Assembly (NCBI GenBank): GCA_040954595.2
Contig: CM082577.2
Location: 20,248,303-20,312,302 of the forward strand
Source of the DNA: Balanoglossus misakiensis
Lineage: Eukaryota; Animalia; Hemichordata
Reading direction: 5' to 3'
Length of the DNA stretch: 64,000 bases
Shown here: positions 27,201-39,080 of the stretch, piece by piece
Layout: each line of letters starts with the position of its first letter
How positions within the stretch are numbered: position 1 is the stretch's first letter
Notes under the pieces: model-generated
Seen by the model: only the letters and a program-made list of their open reading frames with translations
Databases searched by the model: none
Told to the model about the DNA's origin: nothing
Position numbers and translations under genes: made by a program

Positions 27201-28684
27201 TGGAAATTCTGCCAACTTTCCCTAGATTTTGTAAAAAATCGCGCGGCCTATACATGGCGAATATGTTTTTTTCTGAAAGAGTGACATCAAAGCTACCAAA
27301 TTATGCAGAAATCAGCTACGACGGATTTCCCCTTTAATCAAAAATACACATTACAGTTTTAAAAAAACTCTGATAATAAATTAAAGTTGAGACATGAGCA
27401 GACACTGTGTGAAAACCTGAATGTAACACATACATAGTTACCCTTGTGAGTGGAGCCAATTAATTACCTGAAGAGATATCAAATTCAGCTGTGTCACTCT
27501 TGAGATAGGTCGAATTTCATAAGAATAAATCCATTAAATATATGAATGAGCTAACAATTATTTGCGTATCATACCCACAAAACTTTTGGCATTGTAACAA
27601 TATGCTTAAAATACATTTTGTAGTTGCATAATTATGGTAGAATAATTCTTGAGAAATACCCTAAGGCATAGACAGAATATTTATTTTGCACATTACTCTC
27701 AATTATTCATTCCACATCCTTTACTAGAATAGCGTCATTTTTCATATCAATTAGTCTCCACTGAAGTATTTTGCTCTGCAATCTTTGGCTTTCAGATACA
27801 AATTCTCAATGTCAAGGATATTAGGAATCCTCATCATTTTGAAAATTTAACATAATATTCTTCTTCCAGGACTTTGGAATCAAATTCAACTTCTATAATC
27901 TGTCTTAATTTGTTCTTGAACAAGCTTCTTTCTCCCCTCTTCCTATTGTTCTCATTTCACCCAAAATCTCTTCATTGTTCTTATAGGGACATGACATCCC
28001 CCAAGTGTATTCCTGGAGAGCACCCTCTAGTAACATTTCATGATTTAGAATTGCACTTTTCATTTTTTGTATGTAATAATGCAGTTTGCATGATAACCAT
28101 GCCAATACTCTTTGAATAAAACAGAATTCATATTCTTATTTTCCCATTTTTGAATTGCAGATGTAAATGTGGCTATTGATGATGTGACATTAACTTGTTA
28201 ATGTTCGTTTTCTCTTTTTGGTCATTCAGTGTATACACTTAGACTTTACAGTCAGGGATTTAGACAAGAGTTGACCTGGTCAAAAAAAAACAGACTACAT
28301 CACCTGTACCCACAGCTTTGAAAATTTTCTTTTCAGAATGTATTACCACTTGAACCACAACAATCCTAAGTTGACCACTTCATTGAAAAGAACCATATAC
28401 TTTTTAAACACTTGAACTAAATAACACCCTTGATAATATACACCTGATTAATACTGCATAGATACACGGTAATCCCATGATTAAGCCCATGTTGCTAAAT
28501 TCACAAGCAAGGCCTATCTTGAGCTTCCAAATCAATGTAAATAGAGAACAGACAATTTGGTCTTGATGTCTTAAGGTTTAACATACAAAAGAATATTTTA
28601 CTTTCACTTGCTGTTGCTGTAGTTGTATCTTCTGGTTATCTCCAACATGTGATTGGATATGGACACTGACCTTCACCTTCATTT
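24240..28684 (-). other. Putative long 3' UTR of the BAIAP2-like gene
   Basis: Mostly unique AT-rich sequence downstream of the predicted stop, with a minus-strand AATAAA at ~24254-24259. Extent is inferred. Confidence 0.35.
26715..27333. mobile_element. Kolobok-type palindromic MITE with ~235-bp arms
   Basis: TTAA|AGGGGAAATCTGTCGTAGCTG ... CAGCTACGACGGATTTCCCCT|TTAA. Mirror ORFs 26711-27019(-) and 27119-27337(+). Confidence 0.9.
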
Positions 28685-28705
28685 TCAGTCAAATGTAAGG
28701 TTACT
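28685..28705 (-). CDS. BAIAP2: BAIAP2-like, candidate terminal coding exon
   Basis: cttccacctgtag|AGT AAC CTT ACA TTT GAC TGA (SNLTFD*), phase 0 as required. No homology support. Confidence 0.45.
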   Translation of the reverse strand, partial: SNLTFD

Positions 28706-29238
28706 CTACAGGTGGAAGCCGAATACATTATTAATATATGGAGATGAACAACAAGTACGATGCCGTCTATGATAGTAAAATGCCATTTGGGGGAACTAAA
28801 ATAACCAAGTTTTTGTTACGTTTGATGCATAGCCCTTGTCCTTTTTTGTAGAGGCAAGGTTTTTTTTACACCAAAAATAGGCAAAAACGCCCCCAAAATA
28901 CAAATTTCACCACAATCTGAACAAACTTTACTTATAGGTTAAGCAATCACAGACCAGTCATTTCCGAGAAGATGATGAGACACCATTGCAATGTTCAGCA
29001 TCCATTAATGCAAATGTTAGAATCTCTTGGCGAGACTTTTGTCAAAATAGGTCCATGCCCAACCTTGTTCAAAATCAAGAAAATGTCACCTATGGTAGAT
29101 GGCCGAAGAGAACACTTCTTTAATTTAAATCAAAGCTACAGGAAAGAGGGCAATCTTTGTTGCACTTTCTGCACATGTGTACCTCCAGCAGTTGCTCTAT
29201 GTTACTGCATTACACAATGGTTCAAAATGGATACTTAC

Positions 29239-29422
29239 AGGCAAGGGTGGTGGAATAGGTATAGCAGGGGCTGTTGTTAGCAATCCTGTGTAGCTATTGG
29301 ATTGTCCTTGGTCAGCTACAGTCTCCCTGCCATAGTCAGGCATTGGCAAATTGGGGTCCAAATCTACCAGATTTCCTTCACTTTTTGGCCTTATGAGAGA
29401 AGACTGGGGAACACCATTTCCC
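29239..29422 (-). CDS. BAIAP2: BAIAP2-like, post-SH3 proline-rich exon
   Basis: 184 bp, phase 2 to 0. RPKSEGNLVDLDPNLPMPDYG resembles IRSp53 KSSSTGNLLD..PPPDYG. Donor gtaagt. Confidence 0.88.
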
Positions 29423-31768
29423 CTTAAAATAAAAAAATTCAAACTTGTTATATTACTAATATTAAGAGCATCTCAAATCTGGACAATTCAATGTAGCCTA
29501 CCCAATATGTTGATGGTAGGTCCAGAATAATACAGTTACTAGAGATCCATCATCTTTTCTCACAATTTGCTACGATGTATAATGAGTTCTTAGGACATAG
29601 GTACCTGATTTAGAGGCTAGACTTCAGTACCCAGGGCAGTTAAACCATCACCATACAATACACCATGAATGCTTTTGTGTCTTAAAGAGATGGGTCCCAT
29701 ACAAAAAGGGTATTACTGATAATTGTGTAAAGTAGGAAAATTCAAATGTGCGGGTCGCTTCTGTTCAGGATCCAATTTCCCCTGAATTTTCTTTGCCAAC
29801 ATTTTCTACAAACAACTGTCATTTCTGGTTAACATCATCACTATGTACTACACTATGCCTATTTTGAGGCTAACCCATGTTTATCATATGCCTATATTCA
29901 TGTGCCCATGTCAAGTCTATGGGGAAAAGCGCCCTCACACCCGTGCAGTTTTTTTGCTTATCACGCCCCGGCACGGTGACCATATTTGGAAGACGCGTTC
30001 GATATCCGGATCTAGTTTTGAGTTTATTGCGCGAGATTTGAAAGTTGTCGTTGCTAAGTTCTGAATTCCATTTGTCAGCATCGATCATTGCGAGGAAAAA
30101 ATAATACCTCACTCACGCTCAGCTGTGTGAATCAAGCGCGTCTATATCTCACGTGCAATTGAATGTAAATAAATGACATAATGCATATCAATCCGCAAGA
30201 ACTGGAGGAATACGGCTCATTTCAAAAAGACAGTTTAACACGAAATATTTACATTTCAAAATATTACAGAATGTGTATTTTATTAATTTCTTGGTGATTT
30301 ATTGTTCAATAAGGCATATGATAAAACCTTTACGGCCCTGATACGGGCCGTAAAGATTATTAATTAACAAATGCTCTATGGTCTGTGTTTAATTTTTTTT
30401 CATCAGAGTGCGAATGAGGTAGACTACTTTGTAACCTCATCAGTTTGTTCATTCGTACTCGCTGCTTCAAATTCATGTGAACCCTCATAAACTACAAATC
30501 AGTGCCTGATATCTATGTTCCTTTGTTTTTATGTTATACATTTTTGAAGGTGACTAGGACTCAATTTTGGCGTCGATGTATACATCCACAGCTACTTGTG
30601 CATTGTCTAGCCATGTCGATGTATACTCATTGACAAACTACTTCTTTGGACAAGCTGTCAATCACGTGAAAATAGGCGAGGCTTAACTGTACAAGGCCGA
30701 TGAAATTCCATGATGTTTATCACCTCAAATCTCATTAATTTGTATTTAGTCTGGGCGGGAAATGATGCCAGTTGGAGAAATCTGGCATATGACAATTGTG
30801 TTATCGATGCACCAGGACCTTTGACAGTATGCATTCTTCCTTCACCTTGTAAACCCAAAAGACAGGACATTTATTACCTGACATTTTCATGATGACAACA
30901 GCGACATTGATGATGATTTTGTTGGTTTTGAAGACTTTAATTTTATACCGATAGAAGCCATTACTAATCCCAACTGTGACGATTACTTTGTAGCAAATGT
31001 CGATGTCACAAGACATTGTTATTTCATTATTATATATATTCCGGAAATATTTAGAAAGTTCTAGAAGGTCATTCAAATGCCAAGTTGGAATTGGTAAGAC
31101 CCTGTCAGAACATTCATGAAGTTTTAGAAGTTTCTAGAATGGTTAATTTTAGAAAGTTACGTCATATTTTTATGATGTCATAGTTAATTTTAGTAACGAA
31201 CTGACTATAAATTTGGAGAGAAGTTTGAGTTCGGTGTGCAGTTCTGGAGTTGTTCTGGAGTCGCGTTGAGCGATTGTACCAGCAGAGTGAATATAAGTTC
31301 ACTGGTGTTTTCACAGTGAAGACTTTCTATTGCGATATCCTGTGTGTTTCCTTCAGTGTTACACCAACCAATATAAAAGAACCTGGAGGTCACTACGTTG
31401 TAGCGGTCTGCGAATCTACCCATGACGACAGCGCAACGCTTGTATTGTGACAATTGGCGAGCTGTGGATGTACACAAGTCAGCTGACATGCATTGTTTTT
31501 GACGCTGTGTCTGCATACTTAATATTTTGTATCTCAAAATGGCATTGCTTTTGGCATTGCTTTGTTTTTTGTTTAAAATTCTTGAAAGTTAGAGCAAAAA
31601 GTTTCGAGACAACCAGATTTTTTTGTTACCGGCAAAAAGTCCTGAGCCTAGGAGATCTTGTCTCATAGACTATCATGGCACTTTGCAGGTTAATTTGGTA
31701 TTAAAGTTGCCAACCTTTCCTACAAAGACCAAATGAAAGAATTGAATCAATGGTGAGACCCAACTTAC

Positions 31769-31899
31769 CTAATTTCTGTGAGGGTCTCTTGGAGAGGTTC
31801 TGTGTATGCAATTGGAAACCACCCTGATTTCATGGAGACTAAACTCTTACCAAAGTGCCAACCATTTTTCCTCTCACCAACCAACATGATGACTTCACC
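31769..31899 (-). CDS. BAIAP2: BAIAP2-like, SH3 domain C-terminal half
   Basis: 131 bp. GEVIMLVGERKNGWHFGKSLVSMKSGWFPIAYTEPL contains the SH3 GW..G and GWFP..Y motifs. Confidence 0.93.
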
Positions 31900-31993
31900 C
31901 TGTAATCAACAGCAATAGTTATAGCTTACAGGAATCAGTAAGAATTTAATACTCAAATCACTAGTGCTATAACAGTTACATCCTGGACATTTG

Positions 31994-34900
31994 ACCCCGT
32001 GGACACTTGCCCCAGCCCTATCCTGAACCCCGCGGACACTTGCCCCAGCCCTATCCTGAACCCCGCGGACACTTGCCCCAGCCCTATCCTGAACCCACTG
32101 GACACTTGCCCCAGCCCTATCCTGAACCCCGCGGACACTTGCCCCAGCCCTATCCTGAACCCACTGGACACTTGCCCCAGCCCTATCCTGAACCCACTGG
32201 ACACTTGCCCCAGCCCTATCCTGAACCCCGCGGACACTTGCCCCAGCCCTATCCTGAACCCCGCGGACACTTGCCCCAGCCCTATCCTGAACCCCGCGGA
32301 CACTTGCCCCAGCCCTATCCTGAACCCACTGGACACTTGCCCCAGCCCTATCCTGAACCCCGCGGACACTTGCCCCAGCCCTATCCTGAACCCACTGGAC
32401 ACTTGCCCCAGCCCTATCCTGAACCCACTGGACACTTGCCCCAGCCCTATCCTGAACCCCGCGGACACTTGCCCCAGCCCTATCCTGAACCCACTGGACA
32501 CTTGCCCCAGCCCTATCCTGAACCCCGCGGACACTTGCCCCAGCCCTATCCTGAACCCCGCGGACACTTGCCCCAGCCCTATCCTGCACCCCGCGGACAC
32601 TTGCCCCAGCCCTATCCTGAACCCACTGGACACTTGCCCCAGCCCTATCCTGAACCCCGCGGACACTTGCCCCAGCCCTATCCTGAACCCACTGGACACT
32701 TGCCCCAGCCCTATCCTGAACCCCGCGGACACTTGCCCCAGCCCTATCCTGAACCCCGCGGACACTTGCCCCAGCCCTATCCTGCACCCCGCGGACACTT
32801 GCCCCAGCCCTATCCTGAACCCACTGGACACTTGCCCCAGCCCTATCCTGAACCCCGCGGACACTTGCCCCAGCCCTATCCTGAACCCACTGGACACTTG
32901 CCCCAGCCCTATCCTGAACCCCGCGGACACTTGCCCCAGCCCTATCCTGAACCCCCTGGACACTTGCCCCAGCCCTATCCTGAACCCCCTGGACACTTGC
33001 CCCAGCCCTATCCTGAACCCCGCGGACACTTGCCCCAGCCCTATCCTGAACCCCGCGGACACTTGCCCCAGCCCTATCCTGAACCCACTGGACACTTGCC
33101 CCAGCCCTATCCTGAACCCCGCGGACACTTGCCCCAGCCCTATCCTGAACCCCGCGGACACTTGCCCCAGCCCTATCCTGAACCCCGTGGACACTTGCCC
33201 CAGCCCTATCCTGAACCCACTGGACACTTGCCCCAGCCCTATCCTGAACGCCGCGGACACTTGCCCCAGCCCTATCCTGAACCCCGCGGACACTTGCCCC
33301 AGCCCTATCCTGAACCCACTGGACACTTGCCCCAGCCCTATCCTGAACCCACTGGACACTTGCCCCAGCCCTATCCTGAACCCCGCGGACACTTGCCCCA
33401 GCCCTATCCTGAACCCCGCGGACACTTGCCCCAGCCCTATCCTGAACCCCGCGGACACTTGCCCCAGCCCTATCCTGAACCCCGTGGACACTTGCCCCAG
33501 CCCTATCCTGAACCCACTGGACACTTGCCCCAGCCCTATCCTGAACCCACTGGACACTTGCCCCAGCCCTATCCTGAACCCACTGGACACTTGCCCCAGC
33601 CCTATCCTGAACCCACTGGACACTTGCCCCAGCCCTATCCTGCACCCACTGGACACTTGCCCCAGCCCTATCCTGAACCCCGCGGACACTTGCCCCAGCC
33701 CTATCCTGAACCCACTGGACACTTGCCCCAGCCCTATCCTGAACCCCGTGGACACTTGCCCCAGCCCTATCCTGAACCCACTGGACACTTGCCCCAGCCC
33801 TATCCTGAACCCCGCGGACACTTGCCCCAGCCCTATCCTGAACCCTGCGGACACTTGCCCCAGCCCTATCCTGAACCCCGTGGACACTTGCCCCAGCCCT
33901 ATCCTGAACCCCGCGGACACTTGCCCCAGCCCTATCCTGAACCCCGTGGACACTTGCCCCAGCCCTATCCTGAACCCACTGGACACTTGCCCCAGCCCTA
34001 TCCTGAACGCCGCGGACACTTGCCCCAGCCCTATCCTGAACCCCGCGGACACTTGCCCCAGCCCTATCCTGAACCCACTGGACACTTGCCCCAGCCCTAT
34101 CCTGAACCCCGCGGACACTTGCCCCAGCCCTATCCTGAACCCCGCGGACACTTGCCCCAGCCCTATCCTGAACCCCGCGGACACTTGCCCCAGCCCTATC
34201 CTGAACCCCGTGGACACTTGCCCCAGCCCTATCCTGAACCCACTGGACACTTGCCCCAGCCCTATCCTGAACCCACTGGACACTTGCCCCAGCCCTATCC
34301 TGAACCCACTGGACACTTGCCCCAGCCCTATCCTGAACCCACTGGACACTTGCCCCAGCCCTATCCTGCACCCACTGGACACTTGCCCCAGCCCTATCCT
34401 GAACCCCGCGGACACTTGCCCCAGCCCTATCCTGAACCCACTGGACACTTGCCCCAGCCCTATCCTGAACCCCGTGGACACTTGCCCCAGCCCTATCCTG
34501 AACCCACTGGACACTTGCCCCAGCCCTATCCTGAACCCCGCGGACACTTGCCCCAGCCCTATCCTGAACCCTGCGGACACTTGCCCCAGCCCTATCCTGA
34601 ACCCCGTGGACACTTGCCCCAGCCCTATCCTGAACCCCGCGGACACTTGCCCCAGCCCTATCCTGAACCCCGTGGACACTTGCCCCAGCCCTATCCTGAA
34701 CCCACTGGACACTTGCCCCAGCCCTATCCTGAACGCCGTGGACACTTGCCCCAGCCCTATCCTGAACCCCGCGGACACTTGCCCCAGCCCTATCCTGAAC
34801 CCCGCGGACACTTGCCCCAGCCCTATCCTGAACCCACTGGACACTTGCCCCAGCCCTATCCTGAACCCCGCGGACACTTGCCCCAGCCCTATCCTGAACC

Positions 34901-35528
34901 CACTGGACACTTGCCCCAGCCCTATCCTGAACCCACTGGACACTTGCCCCAGCCCTATCCTGAACCCCGCGGACACTTGCCCCAGCCCTATCCTGAACCC
35001 CGCGGACACTTGCCCCAGCCCTATCCTGAACCCCGCGGACACTTGCCCCAGCCCTATCCTGAACCCCGTGGACACTTGCCCCAGCCCTATCCTGAACCCA
35101 CTGGACACTTGCCCCAGCCCTATCCTGAACCCCGCGGACACTTGCCCCAGCCCTATCCTGAACCCCGCGGACACTTGCCCCAGCCCTATCCTGAACCCCG
35201 CGGACACTTGCCCCAGCCCTATCCTGAACCCACTGGACACTTGCCCCAGCCCTATCCTGAACCCACTGGACACTTGCCCCAGCCCTATCCTGCACCCACT
35301 GGACACTTGCCCCAGCCCTATCCTGAACCCCGCGGACACTTGCCCCAGCCCTATCCTGAACCCACTGGACACTTGCCCCAGCCCTATCCTGAACCCCGCG
35401 GACACTTGCCCCAGCCCTATCCTGAACCCACTGGACACTTGCCCCAGCCCTATCCTGAACCCCGTGGACACTTGCCCCAGCCCTATCCTGAACCCACTGG
35501 ACACTTACCCCAGCCCTATCCTGAACCC
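31994..35528. repeat. 33-bp GC-rich minisatellite (VNTR), ~107 units, intronic
   Basis: Unit GGACACTTGCCCCAGCCCTATCCTGAACCC plus (CGC/ACT/CGT/CCT); 11-aa periodicity in four open frames. Confidence 0.98.
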
Positions 35529-35855
35529 TTAACGATGCAGGAAATGTGGGGATGCTAAATCTTCATCAGTAAATGTCATGATACCAAATCCTTGGGGCTT
35601 TTCATTTTACTGGTGACCATCAGCAACCATCAGACTTCAGTTGACTAAGCAAGATGCTAAACATCCCTGTTTTCTGAGGGGTAATTTCTCATGCAAGCTC
35701 ATCACAAACAGCCACTTGCTTCCCCTCAAGTTTCAGCCACATCCCCTGTTACAAAATGACCTATTCCCTCAGTTACCATTCACGTCTGGGTTGAGGTCAG
35801 ACAAGCTAGGTTCATTATCCATTCATGGCTGTTTTAGCTCAGGCAAGGGCTACTG

Positions 35856-36411
35856 AAAAAATCGCATCAAGGACACAGTGGTCCCATTGAGGGAATACTC
35901 AAGAAAAAGTCTACACCTGAGTACATGGCCATATACAGACAGACAGACAGACACACACACACACACACAAATAGCGAGAGATCAATGGCCAAGCACAGAC
36001 TAACCCATAAGCTACCAATGGCATATGTAGTGTACATACACTAAATAGAACAGCTGGCCTCTTTAAAACTTAGCCAGTTATGTAATCTTTCAGGAATTTG
36101 CTGTGAATATAAACAAATCAATGAAGTAAATACACACCACTTCGCAAAGCAATCTGACCAGTAGTTCTTGAGTTATTGAGTTTTGACCAAATTCACATTT
36201 TCCAGCTAATTTGCATATTTTTGGCAATGACAACTTCATTTGAACAAACTCCCATCTACAGCCCAGCCTGCATCTGCACACCAAATATCAAGGTGATACA
36301 CGCAGTGGTTTTCAAGTTTTTGATGTGGACAGACATACAGAAATACATACAGACGCAACCGTAAGGTCCCATGGTATATAGCCTTATAGGCCTATACCAA
36401 TGGGACCTAAA
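35856..36411 (+). mobile_element. Helentron/DINE-1-like element, uninterrupted copy
   Basis: AAAATCGCATCAAGGACACAGTGGTCCCATTG...(CAGA)n(CA)n...GGTCCCATGG..CCAATGGGACCTAAAA. Confidence 0.65.
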
Positions 36412-36786
36412 ACCTATCTAGTGACAAAAAACTCAGACACTAAACACAACACTTACAGAAATGTAAGAAAAATTGGTGATTTTTTTCTTCATCAAATTTT
36501 ACCCATTAGACTACACCTATATAGAATTGCAGATGGATCTTTTCCGTGAGTGTGTCTGTGTGTGTGGGTGTGGGGGGGGGGGGGGGTTGGTTGAGCTGAA
36601 TATGACCTCAACCTCAACATTAAAGGTCATGAGAATTTTATTGGGGCATTTGCCCGGAGGGGCACTTTCCCGACTAATAATAGTATTTTGCCTTCAGCAG
36701 AGTTCGGAATTTTGATGATTTATACTACATGTATGTTATACATCATTCAATATTGATTAGGAATGCAGTGAGTGCAATATACTTAC

Positions 36787-36857
36787 TTCATTGAAGGTCA
36801 GTTGATTTTGTCCACTTGACATATGACTGTAAATAGCTTGTACACGATTGCCACTTT
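36787..36857 (-). CDS. BAIAP2: BAIAP2-like, SH3 domain N-terminal half
   Basis: 71 bp, phase 1 to 0. SGNRVQAIYSHMSSGQNQLTFNE resembles IRSp53 RVKAIFSHAAGDNSTLLSFKE. Confidence 0.92.
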
Positions 36858-38690
36858 CTAATACATTCATAGCACCATCTGACTTATTTCGTATGTGTGC
36901 AGCTCCTGAGTTCAAAACATCAGCTAAGCAAGAAAAGCATATATATATATATATGTATAAATTATAAACAAAATATAGATGAAAAACTGAATTTTAATGA
37001 TGCTGTAAATTCTCAGCAGTCTTTCCACATGCTAATTGGCACAGGACATGTCCTCAATAAACGCTATTCACAACAGCCAATAGTCATATATAGTCTGGAC
37101 ATTACAATACATGTACTTATAATTATCACATGAACTGGCCCAGATCACCACCTGTGTGACGTAGACCAGGACAGATCAAAAATCCAGATCACCCCTGTTC
37201 TACGACATCAACCGGAATTATTTCCATCAATTCGCCGTAGTTTTGTTGTCAAACAGAAACAGTATGTGTACTGGCATTTAAAATACAGAAATTAAAAAAT
37301 GATGGTTCCATGACAATATCGCTTTGTAAGCTCAAAACAGACAGGTGGAATTTTCAAAAGAAGACAGTCGACGCAACGATCATGGACGATCGTCGCTGTC
37401 AAAGTTTTGGGTCAGGTACATAGCCTAGGCTATGTACCCCGTGGTTTTCGTGGAAGCGTACAACTTCTCGCCTGCGGCTCGAAGTTGCACTGCTCCGCGA
37501 AAACCACTCGTATCCGAGGACGTCAAACAAAGAAAGATATATCATGGGATTATATATGTAAATGCATATTAGATTCAATACACATGTACAGACTTAAAGC
37601 CCCAGTATTTCTCGTGTGTATCCATTTTACATCATCGAAAAATGCCCGTTTTTACCGTATATTCATCCGGGAATACTACATAATGAAGATAGTAGAAAGG
37701 TTTGGGCAACTGTAGCTACGTGCAAGCTGTAAATATTGCCCGTAACACTTGAAATGATGCGCGGGTTTGTCTACAATGGAAATGTAGTACATGTCGATCA
37801 GCAAACGTGCCACTTTGACATTTGATGTCAGACCATTTTCGGATTTGATCTGCTTCCATCGACTGATTTCTCCCACATAGTTATCTTCCCAAAATTTCGC
37901 CGAATTAGTGCGCATTTCTTCGCTGAGTCGCTTGATTTGGGGCGACCAAACCTCTTCCGCGTAGATTCACATTTGATTTCGTATGCTCAGTAGTCACGTT
38001 TGTCAACAGAGCCTGACTTTCTGTCCGGACAGAAAGTCATTCTTCACTTGTTATATTGTAAATTTTATGTGTTTATGAATAGAGCTGGGCATGATAACTG
38101 TTCGATTCAGTATCAATTATCATCTACTTTTAGAAATTATAGATGCCATTTCAAACAAAATTTACGTGAAAACGAGAAATACTGAGGCTTTAATGACTCC
38201 CCATGATAAGGTTCAGGAGTTCCTCTTTCAAAGTTCTGAAAATCGGTGTTCTCTCACTAATTTTGGCATCCTGCATTCCCCTGTATAAGTCTTTATTCTC
38301 CTTATTTTGTCAAAAGGTAGACGTAATTCAGAAAATAAAAGAAGCTGGTGGTAGTTATCAGGTTAGAATTGGAAAATATTGCAGCATAGGTTATGAACAG
38401 AGTTTTTAATAAGGATTGTAAGAATCTAAGGGAATTTTCTATAGACAGCGCCCTCAGTGTTCAACGACCTCGGTCCACTAGGATGCTTATAGAACTTGCA
38501 TATTTTATATTCTTGAATCTCACTTGAGTTACCCTTAGGAACATGTCTACCAAATTTCAAAGCAATCTGACTAGCAGTTTTAGAGAAAACAATTTTTGAC
38601 CAAAAAGGCAAAAATTGCTCCAAAATTATAAATTTGCAAATTTTGCAACAATTTGAACAAAACTATGCTAAATCAGGTCATCTATACAAG

Positions 38691-39080
38691 CACTTTCTAT
38701 TGTTCTCGCAGTGAAGATATCGAAGATACTGTATTTCACTCGGTGAAATACCACGTCCGCATCTCCAACTAGTTTTTAGAATGCGCTGAAATCCTCACAC
38801 AGTGTTGACTGTTGTGATCGGCGCGACAGTTCCCTGCGTGTGCGAGCGACGTACAGGGCATAGGACGCTAGTGGAGAGGGGTGTTGTAAAATTCGGTAAT
38901 TAGTAGCTGTTATAAAGTTTTCAAAGCTGACGGTTTTGTCATGTTGAATGTATCATTTTGACTTCTTCAGAATTCTCAATGCGAAATAATTGTTAACATG
39001 ATATTTTGAAAGAGAACGTACACAATTTTATTTAGAATGCGGATGTGCCCATCGTAATGAAAGCTGCCAACCCCCTTAAA
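38691..39080. repeat. Interspersed repeat, inverted copy at ~59110-59445
   Basis: CACTTTCTATTGTTCTCGC...GCTGCCAACCCCCTTAAA and its reverse complement. Confidence 0.8.

Noticed and set aside
26711-27337. Mirror ORFs MVSPT...FPL
   Set aside because: Products of the palindromic MITE.
35509-35527. Possible 19-nt micro-exon (ag|GGTTCAGGATAGGGCTGGG|gtaagt, minus strand)
   Set aside because: It would frameshift the SH3 domain and has no support, so it is not called as CDS; kept only as a cryptic-site hypothesis.
31994-35528. CRISPR-like appearance of a ~30-bp direct repeat
   Set aside because: No unique spacers (only a 3-nt variable site), no cas genes, and a eukaryotic intronic context.
31906-35558. 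Four ORFs of 1129-1183 aa (e.g. DTCPSPILNPA repeats)
   Set aside because: They arise from a 33-bp unit that lacks stops in four frames. They overlap on both strands, have no unique domains and lie inside a phase-consistent intron.
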